Assembly (NCBI GenBank): GCA_964016885.1
Contig: OZ024753.1
Span: 13,640,001-13,704,000 of the forward strand
From: Eledone cirrhosa
Lineage: Eukaryota
Length of the DNA stretch: 64,000 nt
Reading direction: 5' to 3'
The notes below the pieces were generated by a model, which did not search any database, was not told where the DNA came from, and saw only the letters and a program-made list of their open reading frames with translations. Positions 1-11,505 of this stretch are shown in pieces; position 1 is the first letter of the stretch; every line of letters begins with the position of its first letter. Position numbers and translations under genes: made by a program.

Positions 1-157
1 CGGACGCCATGCTTTCCAGCATAGTTACGTCCCTTTACGATCTGAGTTCAAATCCCGCCGAGGTTGACTTTGCCTTTCATCCTTACGGGATCGATAAAAT
101 AAAGTACCAGTAATGCACTGGGTAATTGCTGGCCTTGTGCCTAAAGTAGAAACAATT
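1..157 (+). mobile_element. tRNA-derived SINE, family A (cut by window edge)
   Basis: B-box-like GAGTTCAAATCC followed by GCCTTTCATCCTTACGGG.TCGATAAAATAAAGTACCAG (resembles the Meta/Sauria-type central domain) and a TGGCCTTGTGCCTAAA tail; about 17 copies in the window. Confidence 0.85.
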
Positions 158-654
158 ATCATAAAGAAGAGGTTTCTTGTGTGTTTTATTGATAGAGATA
201 TCCAATCTTATCATGAGGAGCGATGTAAAATGGAGTATCTTGCCGTCCAGTCTAGGAATCGAACCCACAGCCTTCTTATTTTGAGTTGAACACTCTATGT
301 ATGTGCGTGTGTTTGTATGTATGTATGTAGAGTTTGACAACAGGTCGATATATGTATGTATATGTGTGTATATACATCACTCAGTCAAACGACCAGATTT
401 CAACCCCAACATTTACAACACCGGCACTAATGTTTACAGCAACAACAGCTTCAGAATGAATTGAAATTAACATTTACATTTACAACAACAGCATCAAACG
501 ATAAAAAAACACAGACAAACAAAAAAACTCAAAATAACAACACACACACGCACGCAACATCAACTGCCACCACCACCACCACCACCACCGCCGCCACCGC
601 CGCCATCACCATCACCAGCGACCGGTCCTTAAGAAAACAACTTTCATAATAATA

Positions 655-800
655 ATTTTTTCTGCTTTTGGCACGGATCCAGCGACTGGTCCAGCGCATT
701 ACTGGTACTCTCTTTTGTTGACTCCGTGGGGTTGAAAGGCAAGGTTGACCTCGGCGGGATTTAAGCTCAGAGCGTGGAGAGCTATAACTCTATGTTGTAA
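655..800 (-). mobile_element. SINE family A, diverged
   Basis: Reverse complement of the family A core (ACTGGTACT...AAAGGCAAGGTTGACCTCGGCGGGATTT). Confidence 0.7.
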
Positions 801-907
801 AGCAATAATAATAATACTGGACTGTAGTACGATCGGCTTCAACTATACAAACTCTTGAAGGTCATCAGTTGACATAATCTTGTAATCTTGTATCAGTAAT
901 GACGGTA

Positions 908-941
<34 letters not shown>

Positions 942-1061
942 AGCGTGTGTGTTTGTTTGTATGTATGAGTGTTGCTGTGTGCGCGCGTATGTATGCGCGT
1001 GTGTGTATGTCGTACGTATAAGTGTCAATAAGTGAGTTTTTTTTTTTTTTCTTTTTGCATG

Positions 1062-4000
1062 GGGACATAGAAATAATCGGGCTGGATGCCCGATCGCGCA
1101 GTTAAACCACTGGGAGTGAAGAACCCCTAGCCCTTGTCAGGGCATTCTTCTAGGAGAAGGCATCTCAGGAAACTGGGTTAACTCCGACATAAAACCTGCG
1201 GCTCAGTAGTTACCGATGATGTTGATCTTTTCTTCTTTTCGGGTTATAGCTACTGTCGCTCAGAGAGTGGGATTGGCTCAGTGCACAGTCTTTCCTCACT
1301 TTAAAAATATTCGTCACGCACAGGCATTGCACGAGTGCATTAATAATTATTAATAGTGTATTATTATTATTGTTACTATTATTATTACCTTTTTTTTTTT
1401 TTTTTATTTTTTTTTTCCAATTCAATGATGTTCCAGAACAGTATAAAAGAGATAATTGGCAATTTAGGTTCTGGAACAAAAAAGATAATTGGCAATAAGG
1501 GCAGGGGCCCCAGGTTATCACAGCCTGGGCCCGCTCGTCATCGTGCCATTGTAATAGAGCCAAACAAGGCATTTAGTCTTGGCTGCTGGAACGTACGGAC
1601 GCTGCTTGACAGGGATTCCTTGGAGCGTCCTGAACGAAGGACCGCTCTTGTTGCAAAGGAGCTTCGACGTTACGATCTGGACATCGTGGCTTTATATGAG
1701 ACTAGGTTAGCTAGAGATGGTCATCTTACAGAATTTTGTGGAGAATATACATTCTTCTGGAAAGGAAGAGATGAAGGAACCAGAAGAGAGGCTGGGGTAG
1801 GATTTGCTGTTAAGACTGTTCTTGTGAATAAATAAGAATTCCCAGTAGGGATTAGTGAGCGACTTATGTCCATGAGAATTCCGCTGGACAAAGGAAGATA
1901 TGTGACCCTGGTGAGTGTGTATGCTCCAACTATGAATTCTGTCGATGAAGAAAAAGTGTCCTTTTACCATGCCTTGAAAGGTGTTTTAAGAAATATCCCT
2001 CAGGCAGACAAAGTCATCGTGCTTGGTGACTTTAATGCTAGAGTGGGTAGGGATTTTAACACATGGAATGTAATCGGAAGGCATGTGGTGGGAAAGTGTA
2101 ACAACAATGGTATGCTCCTGCTGCAGATGTGTGATGAGCTGGATCTGTGTGTTACCAACACCATGTTCCAACATAAGAACAAATTCAAGACCACATGGAT
2201 GCATCCTGCATCTAAGGAATGGCATCTTTTGGACTACGTCCTAGTCAGGATGCGTGACAGATAGGATATGCAGTGTGTTCATGCTCTTCGTGGAGCTGAG
2301 TGCTGGACAGACCACCGCCTGGTACACGCAAAAGTTAAACTAATCACTAAACGTAAAATCCGGGCTCCTGGTGTTGCCCTGCCCAAAAGATTGAATGCTG
2401 CTCGTCTTAAGGATAAAAATGTGAAGAGGACATTGGAAGAAGAGATGCAGGTTGCAGATCTTGGTGAGGATTGGCCGACCCTTAAAAAGTCGGTTTATGA
2501 TGTAGGCAGGCGTGTTCTGGGATTGGTGCAGAGAAAACATCAGGACTGGTTTAATGAGAATGATGTACATATAGAAGACTTGTTGGCTGATAAGAGGCGT
2601 GCTCTGTCGCGCTACTTGACGGCAAAACCACAGGAGAGGAATACGTTGCATGAGGAACTCAAGGATGTAAAATCACGTGTTAGGCGGAGTCTTTCTCAGA
2701 TGAAGGATCAGTGGTGGAGTGAGAAGGCTGGTGAGATACAAACTGCGTCAGATTCCAATAACACAAAGCTGTTGTACAGTCTCTTGCGTGAGGTTTATGG
2801 ACCGTCTTCTTCTCTGGTGACACCGCTTCGCAGTAAGAGCACTTTGATCATCTTTTGAATCTGTCGTCAGTGAAGATTTCCTCAGTCTCATTCCAGAAAG
2901 TCCTGTGAAAGTAGCTCTCGCAGAACCTCCGACGGTTGTGGAGGTTGCAGTGGCTATCTCGAAGCTGAACAGTGGAAGGTCTCCAGGTATGGATGGCATA
3001 CATGCTGAGCTCCTACAATATGGTGGTGAGAGACTCCTGCAACATCTTCACTCTTTGTTTGGCAGGATATGGGCTAATGAATCTGTACCTGAGGACTGGA
3101 GAGATGCAGTAATGGTGGTCTTGTACAAGGGAAAGGGTAACAGGAATGATTGTGGGAACTACAGAGGTATATCATTGCTTTCTGTCGTAGGGAAAGTTTT
3201 ATGTAGGGTGCTTCTGGACCGTCTGCTGACACACATTGCAGATTGTGTTCTTCCTGAAAGTCAATCTGGTTTTTGTGCTGGACGCGGCACTACTGATATG
3301 ATCTTCTCAGCTAGACAGCTCCAGGAGAAGTGTATGGAACAAGGTTTGGATCTGTATCAGGTTTTTGACGATCTGACAAAAGCTTTCGATAATGTTAACC
3401 GAGATGCATTATGGAAGGTTCTCCAGAAACTTGGTTGCCCTGATAAGTTCCTTGCTTTAGTTAGGTCTTTCCATGACGACATGATGGCTTGGGTTAATGT
3501 CGGAGCCTATCTCAGTAAAAAATGGAGTGAAGCAGGGGGATATTCCAGCACCGACCCTGTTTGCCATATACTTTGCAATGGTTTTCTGTATTGCATTCAG
3601 GAATTGCGAGCATGGTGTTAACATCAGGCACTTTGCTGCAAAGACAAAAGTATTTACATCAATCATAAGAGACCTCTTGTATGCAGATGATTGCGATCTT
3701 GTAGCGCACACAGTGATATGCAGCACATTTTGAATGCATTTTCTGACGCTTGCACTGCCCTAGGATTGACTGTCAGTCTCAAGAAAACCGTCATGTACCA
3801 ACCTGCTCCTGGTAAGCAGTACACTGAACCAAATATCTATGTGTATGGTAAACGACTTGGAGTGGTTGATCAGTTTGTCTACCTGGGAAGCACTGTCAAT
3901 CGATACAGCAACCTTGACAGTGAAATCTCACTCAGGATTAGGAAAGCAAGTGATGCTTTCGGAAAGCTAGAAAGGCGACTCTGGGGTTGGCGAGACATAT

Positions 4001-5012
4001 GCAGGAGGACAAAGGTAAAGGTGTACAAGGCACGTGTGCTCTCTTGTCTTCTTTATGCCTGCGAGACCTGGGTCACCTATCGACACCACCTTATGCAATT
4101 GGAGCGTTTCCATCAGATGTGTCTCAGACGGATCTATGGCGTTCACTGGAGGGACCACATCAGTGCTGTCGAGATTTTGGAAAACTCTGTGTGACAGTAT
4201 AGAAGCTCTTGTGCTTAAGCAACGACTCCGTTGGAGTGGTCACCTTGCCAGGATGAAGGATTCTAGAATACCAAAACAACTCTTTTATGGAGAGTTGGTT
4301 AAAGGAAGACGACCGCCACATAAACCAAAAAAGAGGTATAAGGATTCCTTGAAAGCCTCTTTGAAAGACGCTAACATCTCTGTTGATACATGGGAAAATA
4401 TTGCTGCTGATCGTAATAAATGGAGAAAGACTGTATATGAGGGAAAAAGTTGCCTTTGACGCATCTCGAATCGCATACGAGAAAGTAAAGCGGGATGTGA
4501 GGAAGAGCATTGCTGTTGCACTTCCAGACGGCGAGGGTCCTCCTATGGTGCTGACATGCAGCGTATGTGCGAGACTCTGCCTAAGCAAAGCTGGACTCAA
4601 AAGTCATCTTCGCAGTCATAAAGTAAGACCAGTGGTTGACTACCAGGCTGCTGTTGGAGATGCTACTCATCATGCTTGCCAAACATGTGGTAGAGAATGT
4701 AAATCAGCACGAGGGCTCAAGCGACATGGTTACCGACTCTGTGCAAGACATTTTAGATCATTGGCTGGGCTAAAAAGCCACATTCTATCGCAGCGCTGTT
4801 AGTTGCTATCGTGTGTGTGTGTGTAGATATGTTTGTGTGTGTATATATATATGTATATTATTATTGTTGTTGTTGTTGTTATTATTATTATTGTTATTAA
4901 TGTATATGTGTGTATATATATATATTCCTTTTTTTAATTTTTATTTTCTTTATTAATTTTTTTTTCCTCCTCGTGCAATAGCCATACTCGATAACGAGGG
5001 GGCAGCCATCAT
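1062..5012 (+). mobile_element. Near full-length RTE-clade LINE (family 1), disrupted: APE endonuclease + RT + three C-terminal C2H2 fingers (partly deleted)
   Basis: CWNVRTL, DIVALYETRL, VSVYAPT, GDFNARVG, HLLDYVL, TDHRLV (EN); NYRGISLLS, ESQSGF, DLTKAFD, GVKQG, LLYADD, RLRWSGHLARM (RT); in-frame stops at ~1833 and ~2262 plus frameshifts; 3' end GCCATACTCGATAACGAGGGGGCAGCCATC + (ATGT)n. Confidence 0.95.
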
Positions 5013-5049
5013 GTATGTATCTATGAATGTATCTATGAATGGATGGATG

Positions 5050-5435
5050 GGTTGTGTGTATGTGTCAGTTTGTGTATATGTGTGTCAGTTTGTGTATGTC
5101 AGTTTCTGTATATGTGTGTGTCAGTTTCTGTATGTGTCAGTGTGTTTATGTGTGTGTCAGTTTATGTGTGTGTCAGTTTGTGTGTGTTTATGCGTGTATG
5201 TCAGTTTGTGTGTGTGTGTGTCAGTTTGTGTTAGTTTGTGTGTATATGTGTGTGTGTGTGTGTCAGTTTCTGTATATGTGTCAGTTTATGTGTATATGTG
5301 CGTGTCAGTGTATGTGTGTTAGTTTATGTGTGTATGTATGTTAGTTTGTGTGTATGTGTATATGTGTGTTAGTTTGTGTGTCTGTGTGTGTGTTAGTTTG
5401 TGTATGCTAGTTTATGTTGTGTACATGTGTGTGTC
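5050..5435. repeat. Degenerate (GT)-rich repeat with TCAGTTT spacers
   Basis: Recurring TGTGTGTCAGTTTGTGT units. Confidence 0.85.
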
Positions 5436-5702
5436 GGTGTAGGAGTATTTTCTAAAGTTCCCATGAAATGTCATCTCCTCATTTTCTATATTTTCTTCCT
5501 GTATTTATTTATCTGTCAATATTTCCCTAAAGTTATTGTCCGTCCCTATTCCTTCACCCTTTCTCCTATTATATATACACCCATCTCTCTCTAAACTGCT
5601 CCCTATTTCCTATCATTTAATGTGTAACCACAAAAGTCAGTCGCCCCCCTCCCCCCCATCTCTCTCTCTCTCTCGCTCTCTTGCGCTCTCTCTACATATA
5701 TA

Positions 5703-5891
5703 GTTGTTTCTACTTTAGGCACAAGGCCAGCAATCACCCAGTGTATTACTGGTACTTTATTTTATCGACCCCCCGTAAGGATGAAAGGCAAAGTTAACCT
5801 CGGCAGGATTTGAACTCAGACCATAAAGGGCCGTAACTCTATGCGTCAAAGCATGGCGTCCGACCCTCTACCGATACTGCCAATCCACCGC
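5703..5891 (-). mobile_element. SINE family A
   Basis: Full reverse copy, head GGCGGTGGATTGGCAGTATCGGTAGAG. Confidence 0.85.
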
Positions 5892-5924
5892 CATATATAT
5901 ATATAATATAGACAATATAATATA

Positions 5925-6200
5925 GACAATACACCCCCACACCCTCCCACTGCAAGGTGGTCGTGGAGGTTCCACGGCAAAAAAGCACCCAGCCCACACT
6001 GTAAAGTGGACGTGTAGGTGCCACGGAAAAAGCACCCAGCACTCACTGTAAATGAGGTTGGTGTTAGGAAGGGCTTCCAGCTGTAGAAATCAAGCCAAAA
6101 TCAGTTCCTGTATGAGCAAGGCATGGTCAACCGACCAGACACTGCTCACAACAGGGAAGAACGGATGTAAAACAGTGATGATGAAGATGATGATGATGAT
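5925..6200 (+). mobile_element. 3' UTR fragment of RTE family 2
   Basis: Near-identical to 26480-26770; (GAT)n tail. Confidence 0.8.
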
Positions 6201-6247
6201 GAATGTATATGATGTTGTATAGTATATTTGGAAATATACAGTATGTT

Positions 6248-6464
6248 TAACCCTTTAATGTTCAAACCGGCCAGAATTCTCTCACCTCTTTCTGTTGAAA
6301 CTGGCTGTAACTGGTCACTCAAATTGATGTTAAGGTATTGTTCTCAAAATAAATACTTTCAAAATCTCATAGATTCGATATTATGTGGGATAATTATGTG
6401 AGGTTAAGCCTTTACCATGAAAATATAATAGTATATATAGAGTAATGTGAATGGTAAAGGGTTA
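6248..6464. mobile_element. piggyBac-type MITE (TTAA-CCCTTT...AAAGGG-TTAA)
   Basis: TTAA target sites and short TIRs; related copies at 18187-18412, ~37020-37224, 38703-38910, 39744-39966, 46683-47101, 57335-57749. Confidence 0.8.
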
Positions 6465-6550
6465 ATTAAAAACATTTTGAAGACCATACGCTATCATTTT
6501 TAAAGTAGTGACTATGTCACTTCTTTTTTTCGGTAAGAGAAGGGAGAGAA

Positions 6551-6589
6551 GCTGACAGTCTGTTTCACGCTGTTGGCGATCATCAGAGC
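6551..6589 (-). ncRNA. Minimal type I hammerhead ribozyme motif
   Basis: Minus strand gct-CTGATGA-t-cgc-caaca-gcg-t-GAAA-cag-a-ctg-TC-agc; GUC cleavage triplet; self-complementary stem III. Confidence 0.7.
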
Positions 6590-6903
6590 AACGTACTCCC
6601 CGCCTTTGCCGAGAACTACAGAAGCTGGATTCTTATAGAATTACAGTAATAATTAGGAGCTGATTATACAGAGTGATTGCCGGTCCAGCAAAATTAGGTA
6701 TTAGGATTCATCATCATCATCATCATCATCATCATTTTACGTCCGCTTTTCCCTGCTTGCAAGGGTGGGACGGGTCCTATTCAGCAGGATCTCTCCATTT
6801 GTTACTTATCTATCTCAATATCTATTTATCTACATCTCTTTGCCTATGGCTATATCATGTTTATATATATGTGTGTGCATGTGTATATTTGTGTATGTAT
6901 GTA

Positions 6904-6941
<38 letters not shown>

Positions 6942-6977
6942 AGAATATTTTTGAAACGGCAAGTGGGTTTGAAATTA

Positions 6978-7192
6978 TTAGAAATGTAAGCTATCGCCGT
7001 ATTTTGACTAAAGAAATTAAAGAAATTATTTAGCCTGATAGTGGGGTTAAGAACCCTCGGAGAAATGGAAAAAGATGAGTATTGACGTACGTCAATACAC
7101 ATCTTTTTCCATTTCTCCGAGGGTTCTTAACCCCACTATCAGGCTAAATAATTTCTTTAATTTCTTTAGTCAAAATACGGCGATAGCTTACA

Positions 7193-7200
<8 letters not shown>
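6978..7200. repeat. Near-perfect ~220-bp palindrome between (TA)n tracts
   Basis: Arms of ~110 bp centred on GACGTACGTC (~7085-7094); mirrored ORFs in the track. Confidence 0.95.
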
Positions 7201-7261
<61 letters not shown>

Positions 7262-7660
7262 AGAAGGTAGTACAGCATAATCGAAGCTCTGGTTGTGGGC
7301 AAGCTAACGAATGCTGTCGGGAAGTGAAGTCAAAAGCACTCAATAAGGAACTTTACCTTAGAGTTATAACATTACGTTTAGACAGCTATGCAAATTGAAG
7401 CCAGCGACTGAAAAGCGAGCCGCTAGGACCAGAACAACGAAAAAAACCGACTCGGGGATATATATATATATATATATATATATAGATATATGTGTGTATA
7501 ATTAAAGAAATGACAATGTAAAAACACTATCATATTAGTATCACGCTTAGGAGGAAACACACACTCATAATCTATCTAAAGAATGGGAAATCATAAAGAA
7601 TGACTGATGTATTGATAAAATACTGTATTTTACTTCCTAGAAAATATTTTCCTATATATA

Positions 7661-7995
7661 TGGAGGCACATGGCTTAGTGGTTAGAGCATTGGCCTTGCA
7701 ATCGAAAGGTTGTGAGTTCAATTCTCAGACCGGGTGATGTTTCCTTGAGCAAGACACTTTATTTCACATTGCTCCAGTTTACTCAGCTGTAGAAATGAGA
7801 TGATAGGACTGGGGTCCATATCATTCCACTGCAAAGTGGTCGTGGAGGTGCCACGGCAAAAAATCACCCAGCACTCACTGTAAATGAGGTTGGTGTTAGG
7901 AAGGGCATCCAGCTGTAGAAATCAAGCCAGAATCAGTTCCCGTCCCACCTTTGCAAGCAGGGAAAAAGCGGACGTAAAATGATGATGATGATGAT
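7661..7995 (+). mobile_element. tRNA-SINE family B (CORE-like domain, RTE-type 3' end)
   Basis: A box TGGCTTAGTGG, B box GAGTTCAATTC, CCTTGAGCAAGACACTT core, GGAAGGGCATCCAGC, (GAT)n tail; copies at 10435-10845(-), 19874-19983(+, truncated), 44511-44815(+). Confidence 0.85.
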
Positions 7996-8189
7996 ATCTC
8001 CACACAATACCTGCTCTTGAATAAGAACAGTCAACTATATGGTTCTTCTCCTGTTGCTATTATAATCACTTTTTCTCCACAATAAAAGAACACATACAAC
8101 CTGAGGACCCTTTTTGCTCGATAGAGTTGGTAACTCAGAGATCAGAGAGTCGCTCCAGGTAGAACCACAACTTCTCCGAATTGAGAGAT

Positions 8190-8610
8190 CATCATCATCA
8201 TCATCATCATCATCTTCGTTTAACGTCCATCTTCCACGCTAGCATGGGTTAGACGGGAGTTGTGCCACTTGAGGCAAGGTTGTCCGGGTGACCGTGTCTC
8301 GCTCATATAGGACTATCTGGCAGGCTTTCTACGGCTGGATGCCCTTCCTAACACCAACCACATTTACAGTGTAGTACTGGGAACTTTTTACCCTGTTACC
8401 TACACGGCCACATTACAGCGTGGACTGTGTTTTATTTATTTATTTATTTTTTTATCATGACACCTACATGATCTCGATCTCATTATCTCATTTATTTGGA
8501 CTGGATGTTGTGGTACCAACTTTACAGAGAGAGGGTGGTGTTGGTGGGAGGATAGGGTAGCGGTAGTGGATTGGGGTGTATATTTGGTTAGGTGCCTACT
8601 GACTGTAGGT
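8190..8610 (-). mobile_element. RTE family 2 3' UTR fragment
   Basis: Matches 41818-42200 and 35575-36170; (CAT)n on + strand. Confidence 0.8.
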
Positions 8611-9104
8611 TCCATCCATCATTGCTATGATACTGCACACGTGGTTAGAATGTCTAAGGGAAGAATCGCTGGACAGATTTTTTTTACAGGCAAAAATCAA
8701 CCAGCAGGAGACCCAGAGGTAGACCCTGAGCAAGATGGTTGGATAACATCCATGAGCTTGGCTGGTTTCACTTGGGGATCTAGCTGGATCAGTTGGAGAT
8801 GGTTTCACCTGAAAGAACCCACTGGAAGAAGTGTTTGAGGGCTCTGCCCCTATGACCCTCCCATGAATAAGTAGATCTTGTGTTTGTATGTTACAAATAC
8901 CATCTTAATAACGATTTTTATGTTTGGCACAAGGCCAGCAATTTATGTAGAGTGGAAAATTGATTATAAATAAAGTACCAGTACATTACTGGTACTTTAT
9001 TTTATTGATCCTGAAATGATGAAAGGTAAAGTTGACCTCAGTGGGATTTGAACTCCGACCGTAGAAAGCCATATCAAATACCACAAAGCATTTTACCTAT
9101 ACCT

Positions 9105-9857
9105 AAGTATATCTTGCTCCATGTATTTTTACACGGTATATCTTGCTCTGTGTATATTTACACAGTATATCTTGCTCTGTGTATTTTTACACAGTATAAC
9201 TTGCTCTGTGTATTTTTACACAATATTTCTTGCACTGTGTAGTTTTACACAGTATATCTTGCTCTCTGTATTTTTACACGGTATATCTTGCTCTGTGTAG
9301 TTTTACACAGTATATCTTGCTCTGTGTAGTTTTACATGGTATATCTTGCTCTGTGTATTTTTACACAGTATATCTTGTTCTGTGTATTTTTACACAGTAT
9401 ATCTTGCTCTGTATTTTACACAGTATATCTTGCTCTGTGTATTTTACACAGTATATCTTGCTCTGTGTATTTTTACACGGTATTTCTTGTTCTGTGTATT
9501 TTTACACAGTATATCTTGTTCTGTGTATTTTTACACAGTATATCTTGTTCTGTGTATTTTTACACAGTATATCTTGCTCTGTATTTTACACAGTATATCT
9601 TGCTCTGTATTTTACACAGTATATCTTGCTGTGTATTTTACACAGTATATCTTGCTCTGTGTATTTTACACAGTATATCTTTCTCCATGTATTTTTACAT
9701 GGTATATCTTGCTCTGTATATTTTTACACAGTATATCTTGCTCTGTGTATTTTTACACAGTATATCTTGCTCTGTGTATTTTTACACAGTATATCTTACT
9801 CTGTATTTTTACACGGTATATCGTGCTCTGTGTATTTTTACACGGTATATCTCACTC
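9105..9857. repeat. ~27-30-bp minisatellite (TATATCTTGCTCTGTGTATTTTTACACAG), ~25 copies
   Basis: Direct tandem repeats; unit contains CTGTGT/ACACAG inverted pair. Confidence 0.95.
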
Positions 9858-10434
9858 TATTTAACCTGTTTGTTTCACTACAACTGTCATGCAGAATGGG
9901 TTTTTGGATTCATTTGCTCCACATACCTGATAATCACGACACCAATTATGTATTCTTTACTTAACACTGCTTTATATAATTAAATGGTTAAATATTCTTT
10001 ATAAAGTAACTCAGTGGCTTCATTAAATACAATAAAGTACTACAATGAGAACAACAACAATATTTTAAGGCTATCTTCCTTGCTAAAGCAGGAGTTAGTC
10101 TTGCTGACCCTATAACAAGCTTCTCCACTTTGTCTTATTCGCCGTCTCCTCCCATCTCACCAATCCTCAGGCTTTACCTCAGTCATCATCTCCAGTCATG
10201 TCATACTTAGTTTTCCTCTTACAGCTATCGCGTCAGTTTTTGGCTGCACAGGCACCAGATACCATGATAATCACACAGTTCAAATTACATGTTTATTCAT
10301 TAAAAACTACTTTATATAATTACATAGTTAAACATTCTTCAGTAATTTGTTTGCTTCATTAGGTAGGTCAAGTACATTTAGTTCAGTAAATTGTACATGA
10401 GCAAATGGATTGAAATTGGTTGAAAGATATAGTG

Positions 10435-10845
10435 TCATCATCATCATCATCATCATCATAGATCCGCTTTTCCCTGCTTGCAAGAGTGGGACGGGAACTG
10501 ATTCTGGCTTGATTTCTACAGATGGATGCCCTTCTTAACACCAACCTCATTTACAGTGAGTGCTGGGTGCTTTTTTTCCATGGCACCTGTACGGCCACTT
10601 TACAGTGTGGGCTGGGTGCTGTTTTGCCGTGGCACCTCCATGACCACTTTGCAGTGAAATGATAGGGACCCCAGTCCCTATCATCTCATTTCTACAGCTG
10701 AGTAAACTGGAGCAATGTGAAATAAAGTGTCTTGCTCAAGAAAACAACACATCAGCCGGTCTGAGTATTGAACTCACAACCTTTCGATTACAAGCCCAAT
10801 GCTCTAACCATTGGGCTTGTAATCGACTAAGCCATGTGCCTCCAC
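10435..10845 (-). mobile_element. SINE family B, long form
   Basis: Reverse complement of 7661-7995 with both AAAAGCACCCAG units. Confidence 0.85.
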
Positions 10846-11505
10846 ACACAGTATATCCTTCAACCAAGGAATACATGACCAAAAAAATCAATTGCAGAAG
10901 TGGTAGGCTTATATTTTGATAATTTTCACCAACTTCAAATTTTATGTAAATATGGTTTGGATTTTTTGCCTATTTCTCAGACATAAAATAGTAAGGTTGG
11001 CTTATATTCCGTTGGTACGAACATGTGCAGCAAGCCACATCATGCATCAACTCCATCACTCACTTGGCAATCCCTGGCACTAGAGATCACAGCAGACCAA
11101 GGAAGACGTGGTTGGAGTGCGTGATGAGTGATTTGTATAAATGGAACTTGGCCGATGTCGATACTATGGACAGAAATTCATGGAGAGCGGCTGTGAGACA
11201 TGGCCTGGTGTTACCTACCTTGGAGTCCGGGATATGGATACTTGGATGGATCATCACTATCATTTTTACATCTGCTTATCCACGTAGGTTGGACGGAGTA
11301 TACTATATATGATAACTATTTAGACATTTAAAAATACGGCATTTTCTTTTTAAGTCTCTTTAGCTCTTCTGTTAGTATATTATTCTTGGGAAATATAATA
11401 TCTAAAATTTTTTATCAAATCATTTTGAAAATAATCAAGTAGTATAGTCATTTAACTAACTCTTTCATTATTCAGATAGTGTTTGGAACATAAAGGTTCT
11501 TACAT

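Noticed and set aside
820-875. Possible hammerhead (minus CTGATGA-c-cttcaa...ttgaag)
   Set aside because: No GAAA or stem III follows; at best a decayed half.
1060-1330. HDV-like ribozyme at the RTE 5' end
   Set aside because: Expected in some RTEs, but I could not build the nested double pseudoknot by eye; needs a descriptor search.
7661-7735. tRNA gene
   Set aside because: A/B boxes continue into the SINE body; no proper acceptor stem or terminator.
9860-10345. Old ~80-bp duplication with a minus-strand CAG|GTATGT donor near 9926
   Set aside because: No convincing acceptor or reading frame; too weak to call an exon.
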